Of a stretch of 64,000 bases of DNA, positions 60,246 to 64,000 are shown piece after piece. The notes beneath the pieces are model-generated. The model had not been told where the DNA came from and made no database searches. It saw nothing but the letters and a program-made list of their open reading frames with translations. A program made the translations under genes and the position numbers. The DNA is from Planctomycetota bacterium (GTDB lineage Bacteria; Planctomycetota; UBA1135; UBA2386). Location: contig JBKAGP010000001.1 of assembly GCA_046290465.1 (NCBI GenBank), positions 5,888,001 through 5,952,000 on the forward strand. Reading direction: 5' to 3'. Each line of letters opens with the position of its first letter. The first letter of the stretch is position 1.

Positions 60246-61259
60246 ATGTTGCTCCGCCTGTTCCTGCTGCTGTCGCTTGCGCTGCTGGCCTGCTGCGAGC
60301 CGGAGCGGCGGCAGGTTCGATCGTTCTCGGGGCCGACGATGGGCTCGACCTACGAGGTCAAGTTCGTCGGCACGCGAAGGCAGGTCGGCGGCGTGCTCGA
60401 GGTCGTCGAGCAGGAGCTGGCCGCGTTCGACGCCGCGTTCAGCAACTGGAGGGACGACTCGGAGATCGTGCGCGTCAACGGGCACGCCAGCACCGAGCCG
60501 ATCGAGGTGAGCGACCGGTTCGCCGGCGTTCTGCAGCTGGCGCTGCGCCTCGCGGCGGCAACCGACGGAGCGTTCGACCCGACCCTGAAGCCGCTCAGCG
60601 ACGCCTACCGCGCCGCCAAGAAGGATCCGGCGCACGGCCTTGCCGACGACACCGTCGCGGCCGCGCGGGAACGCGTCGGCTACCGGATGATCTCGCTCGA
60701 AGGCCGTCGGCTGCGCAAGGCGCGCGCCGACGTGCAGCTGGACCTCGACGGTCTGGTCGCGGGAGCCGCTGCAGATGCGATCGCCGCGCGTCTGCGCGAC
60801 CGCGGCGTCGCGTCGTTCTATCTGCAGATCACCGGCGAGGTCTACTGCGCCGGCAGCAAGCCCGACGGCCAGCCGTGGCGCATCGGCGTGGTCGACCCGT
60901 CGTCGAGCGCGGGCGATCAGGCGGCGGTGGTCGCGTTGCCGCTGCGGGACGCGGCGCTATGCAGCAGCGGCGACTACCGCAACGCGACGATCGTCAACGG
61001 CAAGGTCGTGCACCACGTGTTCGACCCGCGCACCGGCAAGAACCCGGAGCACCGGGTGGTCAGCGCGTCGGTGCTGGCTTCGAGTTGCGCGGTCGCCGAC
61101 GCGCTCGGCACCGCGATCATGGTGCTCGGCGCCGACGCGACCCGGATCGCGTGGCCAAGGATGCAGGGGCTCGGTGCCGTCGGCGCGCTGCTGCTGCTGC
61201 CGGGAGACAACGACACATGGAACAAGGTGGAGATCGAATGGCCGTCCGAAGGCTCGTAG
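60246..61259 (+). CDS. apbE: FAD:protein FMN transferase ApbE
   Basis: Lipobox; GPTMGSTY, TDGAFDPT, WRIGV, SSGDYRN, HVFDPRTG, ADALGTA; follows nqrF. Confidence 0.9.
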   Translation: MLLRLFLLLSLALLACCEPERRQVRSFSGPTMGSTYEVKFVGTRRQVGGVLEVVEQELAAFDAAFSNWRDDSEIVRVNGHASTEPIEVSDRFAGVLQLALRLAAATDGAFDPTLKPLSDAYRAAKKDPAHGLADDTVAAARERVGYRMISLEGRRLRKARADVQLDLDGLVAGAAADAIAARLRDRGVASFYLQITGEVYCAGSKPDGQPWRIGVVDPSSSAGDQAAVVALPLRDAALCSSGDYRNATIVNGKVVHHVFDPRTGKNPEHRVVSASVLASSCAVADALGTAIMVLGADATRIAWPRMQGLGAVGALLLLPGDNDTWNKVEIEWPSEGS

Positions 61260-62149
61260 TCCCGTTCGCGATCTTGGCGCTGGGCGCGTGTCGTGCGCCC
61301 CTGCCCGAGGGCGCCGAGGCGCGCGCGCTCGACGGCCGCCTGCTGGCGCCGCCGGCGCTGCCGGCCGACGTCGATGCCGATCGTCAGGCGAAGCTGGCAG
61401 AGGCGCGGGTCGCGTTGCAGCGATCGCCGGACCAGCGCGACGCGTGGATCTGGGTCGGTCGCCGGCTCGGCTATCTGGGCCGCTACCGCGAGGCGATCGA
61501 CATCTTCGGCGAGGCGCTGCAGCGCTGGCCCGGGGATCCGTTCTTGCTGCGCCACCGCGGCCACCGCTACCTGAGCGTTCGCGAGTTCGGCTGTGCCGCC
61601 GACGACCTGTCGCGCGCCGCCGAGGCCTGCCGCAAGGTGCGCGACGAGGTCGAGCCGGACGGCCTGCCGGTGCCCGGCCGGCCGCCGCATTCGAGCCTGC
61701 ACTTCAACGTTCACTACCACCTCGGCCTGGTGCACTTTCTGCGCGGGGACTTCGTGCGTGCGCGGGACGCGTGGCTTTTGTGCCTGGCGTGCAGCGACGA
61801 CGACGAGTCGCGGGTCGCGGTGACGCACTGGCTGTGGTGTGCGCGCATGCGGTGCGGCGACCCCGCGGGTGCGGCGGCGACCGTGCAGGGCATCACCGGC
61901 GACATGGACATCGTCGAGAACACCGCCTACTGGCAGCTGTGCCTGCTCTACAAGGGCGAGCGCACGCGCGGCGAACTGACGGCCGGGGAGGGCAGTTCGG
62001 GCGCAGCGCTGCGCTTCGGCCTCGCCCACCACCAACTGCTCACCGGCGACCGCGATGCGGCCCGGGCCGCGCTCGAGCAACTCGCCGCCGACCCTGGCTG
62101 GGCCTCCTTCGGCGTGATCGCCGCCGAAGCCGAACTGCAGCGCCTGTAG
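61238..62149 (+). CDS. TPR-repeat lipoprotein
   Basis: Lipobox ALGAC; WIWVGRRLGYLGRYREAI, LRHRGHRYLSVR, VEPDG, YHLGLVHFLRGDF. Confidence 0.8.
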   Translation: MAVRRLVVPFAILALGACRAPLPEGAEARALDGRLLAPPALPADVDADRQAKLAEARVALQRSPDQRDAWIWVGRRLGYLGRYREAIDIFGEALQRWPGDPFLLRHRGHRYLSVREFGCAADDLSRAAEACRKVRDEVEPDGLPVPGRPPHSSLHFNVHYHLGLVHFLRGDFVRARDAWLLCLACSDDDESRVAVTHWLWCARMRCGDPAGAAATVQGITGDMDIVENTAYWQLCLLYKGERTRGELTAGEGSSGAALRFGLAHHQLLTGDRDAARAALEQLAADPGWASFGVIAAEAELQRL

Positions 62150-62240
62150 CTGCCCGTTCCGAGCCGCCTCTTCGCGAGCCTGGTTCCGCGACGAGACCTG
62201 TCCGACCGGACGTCCGGTCGCGCTGCCGGGGTTCGCGCGA

Positions 62241-62358
62241 CGGAAGTTGCAGGATGAACCGCGTACCGTACTGCAACTTCCGTTGCGGGGCGCAGGCGGA
62301 ACGGCTCGGGGGTGGGCGGAAGTTGGAGGTTGAACCGCGTACCGTACGGCAACGTTGG
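62241..62358. repeat. Pair of 42-bp imperfect direct repeats (first is a perfect hairpin) with a 34-bp spacer
   Basis: cggaagttgcag-gatgaaccgcgtaccgta-ctgcaacttccg (62241-62282); cggaagttggaggttgaaccgcgtaccgtacggcaacgttgg (62317-62358). Confidence 0.8.
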
Positions 62359-62364
62359 GGGGAT

Positions 62365-62406
62365 AAAAAACGGGCCCCGGTGAGGCACCACCCCACACCG
62401 AGGCCC
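62365..62406 (-). terminator. Rho-independent terminator
   Basis: Minus strand GGGCCTCGGTG-loop-CACCGGGGCCC-G-TTTTTT. Confidence 0.75.
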
Positions 62407-62656
62407 ATCCCTGCCACTGGGCCCACGCCCAGGCGTTTCTTTCCACCGGTCGCGTAGGAGCACACCCCGTGCCGGTGAGCTTTGCGATTGCGAGTTCTTT
62501 GGTGGGTTGGTGTAAGTCGCTGTGTCGAAGGTGGATGCGGTGTCGCGTGGATGTCCCGGTGCGGGCGGTGGGCCGCAGCCGTCGGAAACCTGACGGCATC
62601 CCGACACGGGTCGCCGACGATCCGTCGAGGAGCCGACGGCAGGGTGGCGCAGGACG

Positions 62657-63439
62657 TTACGGCTGCTCGGAAGCCTTGGCGCGCTGCCAAGCCGCCTCCA
62701 GCTCATCCAGGCTGCGTCCGCGCAGCTCGTAGTCGAACGTGCGCTCGACCGCAGCGAAGCGCCGCTGGAACTTGTCGGCGGTGTTGGCCAGCGCGGTCTC
62801 GGGGTTCACGCCGAGGTGGCGCGCCAGGTTGCAGACGCTGAACAGCACGTCGCCCAGTTCGTCGGCGATCGCCGCGGCGTCGCCGGCCTCGATCGCCTCG
62901 TCCAGCTCGCCGACCTCCTCGTCGAGCTTCTGGCGCGGGCCCGCGCGGTCCGGCCAGTCGAAGCCGACCTTGGCCGCCTTCTGCCCGACCCGGTAGGCGC
63001 GCAGCAGCGCCGGCAGCGCCGACGGCACCCCGGACAGCACGCTGCGGTCGACGCCCTTGTCGGCCTTCTCCCGCTGCTTCTGCCGCTCCCACGTCTCGAG
63101 CGCAACTTCGGCGCTGTCGGCCTGCTGGTTGCCGAACACGTGCGGGTGGCGCCGCACCAGCTTGTCGGCGGCAGCGCCCGCGACCTCGTCGACGCCGAAG
63201 CTGCCGTGTTCGCTGGCGATCTGGCCGACCATCGCGACGTTGACCAGCACGTCGCCTAGCTCCTCCTTCGCCTCGTCGGTCGCGTCACGACGCAGCGCGT
63301 CCGCGGCTTCGAACGCCTCCTCGAGCAGGCACGGGGCCATGCTCGCGGTGGTCTGCTTCCGGTCCCACGGGCAGCCGTCGGGTGCGCGCAGGCGGGCGAT
63401 CGTCGCGAGCAGGTGAGAGATCCCCGGCAGGTCGGCCAT
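62657..63439 (-). CDS. mazG: Nucleoside triphosphate pyrophosphohydrolase MazG
   Basis: LRAPDGCPWDRKQT, EELGDVL, KLVRRHPHVFG, KVGFDW, DELGDVLF. Confidence 0.95.
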   Translation of the reverse strand: MADLPGISHLLATIARLRAPDGCPWDRKQTTASMAPCLLEEAFEAADALRRDATDEAKEELGDVLVNVAMVGQIASEHGSFGVDEVAGAAADKLVRRHPHVFGNQQADSAEVALETWERQKQREKADKGVDRSVLSGVPSALPALLRAYRVGQKAAKVGFDWPDRAGPRQKLDEEVGELDEAIEAGDAAAIADELGDVLFSVCNLARHLGVNPETALANTADKFQRRFAAVERTFDYELRGRSLDELEAAWQRAKASEQP

Positions 63440-63591
63440 GTGCACAACCTTAGGGCTACGGCACGGATGCCACGAAACGGTTTCGGTGTGGGGGCCGCAT
63501 GTCCTATCGTCGCCGATCGCACGTGCTTCTCGACGGTCGCCCGACCGACGGGGCCGTGCATCCATTACCCGAACGACCCCAACTGCGAATC

Positions 63592-64000
63592 ATGGCACTG
63601 CAACTTCCCGAACTGCCCTACTCGAAGGACGCGCTCGCGCCGCACATCAACCAGCAGACGCTGGAGATCCACCACGGCAAGCACCACAACGCCTACGTCG
63701 TCAACGGCAACAAGCTGATCGACGGCACCGAGTACGCCGACATGTCGACCGAGGACATCATCAAGGCGACGGCGGGCAAGGCCGACAAGGCCGGCGTCTT
63801 CAACAACGCCGCGCAGGTCTGGAACCACACGTTCTACTGGCACTCGATGAAGCCGGGCGGCGGCGGCAAGCCGACGGGCGCGATCGCCGAAAAGATCGAC
63901 AGCGACCTCGGCGGCTACGACAAGTTCGTCGAGCTGTTCAGCCAGGCCGGCGCGACCCAGTTCGGCAGCGGCTGGGCGTGGCTCGTGCTCGAGAACGGCA
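63592..64000 (+). CDS. sodB: Fe superoxide dismutase; runs off window end
   Basis: Not in ORF track. MALQLPELPYSKDALAPHI...HHGKHHNAYV...FNNAAQVWNHTFYW...QFGSGWAWLV; AAQVWNH is the Fe-type signature. Confidence 0.93.
   Translation, partial: MALQLPELPYSKDALAPHINQQTLEIHHGKHHNAYVVNGNKLIDGTEYADMSTEDIIKATAGKADKAGVFNNAAQVWNHTFYWHSMKPGGGGKPTGAIAEKIDSDLGGYDKFVELFSQAGATQFGSGWAWLVLENG

Noticed and set aside
62241..62358. CRISPR array
   Set aside because: Only two diverged 42-bp copies, one spacer and no cas genes in the window; kept as a generic repeat.

Overview
High-GC (about 70% by eye) bacterial chromosomal segment. The gene content (sulfatases, HEAT/VWA proteins, MoxR-BatA-VWA operon, large secreted propeller proteins) suggests Planctomycetota; this is an inference. 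About 52 CDSs: a truncated secreted metalloprotease, an orphan divergent flagellin, a PKD surface protein, an M14 peptidase, an orphan PilX-like protein, a CDF transporter, an 8-gene MoxR/DUF58/BatA/VWA/ABC operon, a VPS10/BNR-repeat protein, two paralogous beta-propeller proteins, a loose sugar uptake/oxidation/sulfatase region, an ACP, a complete nqrM-nqrABCDEF-apbE locus, a TPR lipoprotein, mazG and a truncated Fe-SOD. tRNA-Sec (selC) is also present. Most notable: (1) an IS1-like element whose frameshifted transposase has Asn at the third catalytic position (DDN), with no visible target duplication and two ~190-bp non-autonomous elements sharing its 20-bp inverted ends; (2) a ~130-aa C-terminal domain shared by four secreted proteins, one of which is only signal peptide plus that domain; (3) TAnnnT boxes 6-8 nt before many operon-leading start codons, suggesting leaderless mRNAs; (4) a 500-bp convergent intergenic region with a palindromic repeat pair and a candidate sRNA; (5) non-canonical flavinylation motifs in NqrB and ApbE; (6) recurrent ~15-bp tandem duplications. 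All family assignments are from motif recognition by eye, not database searches.
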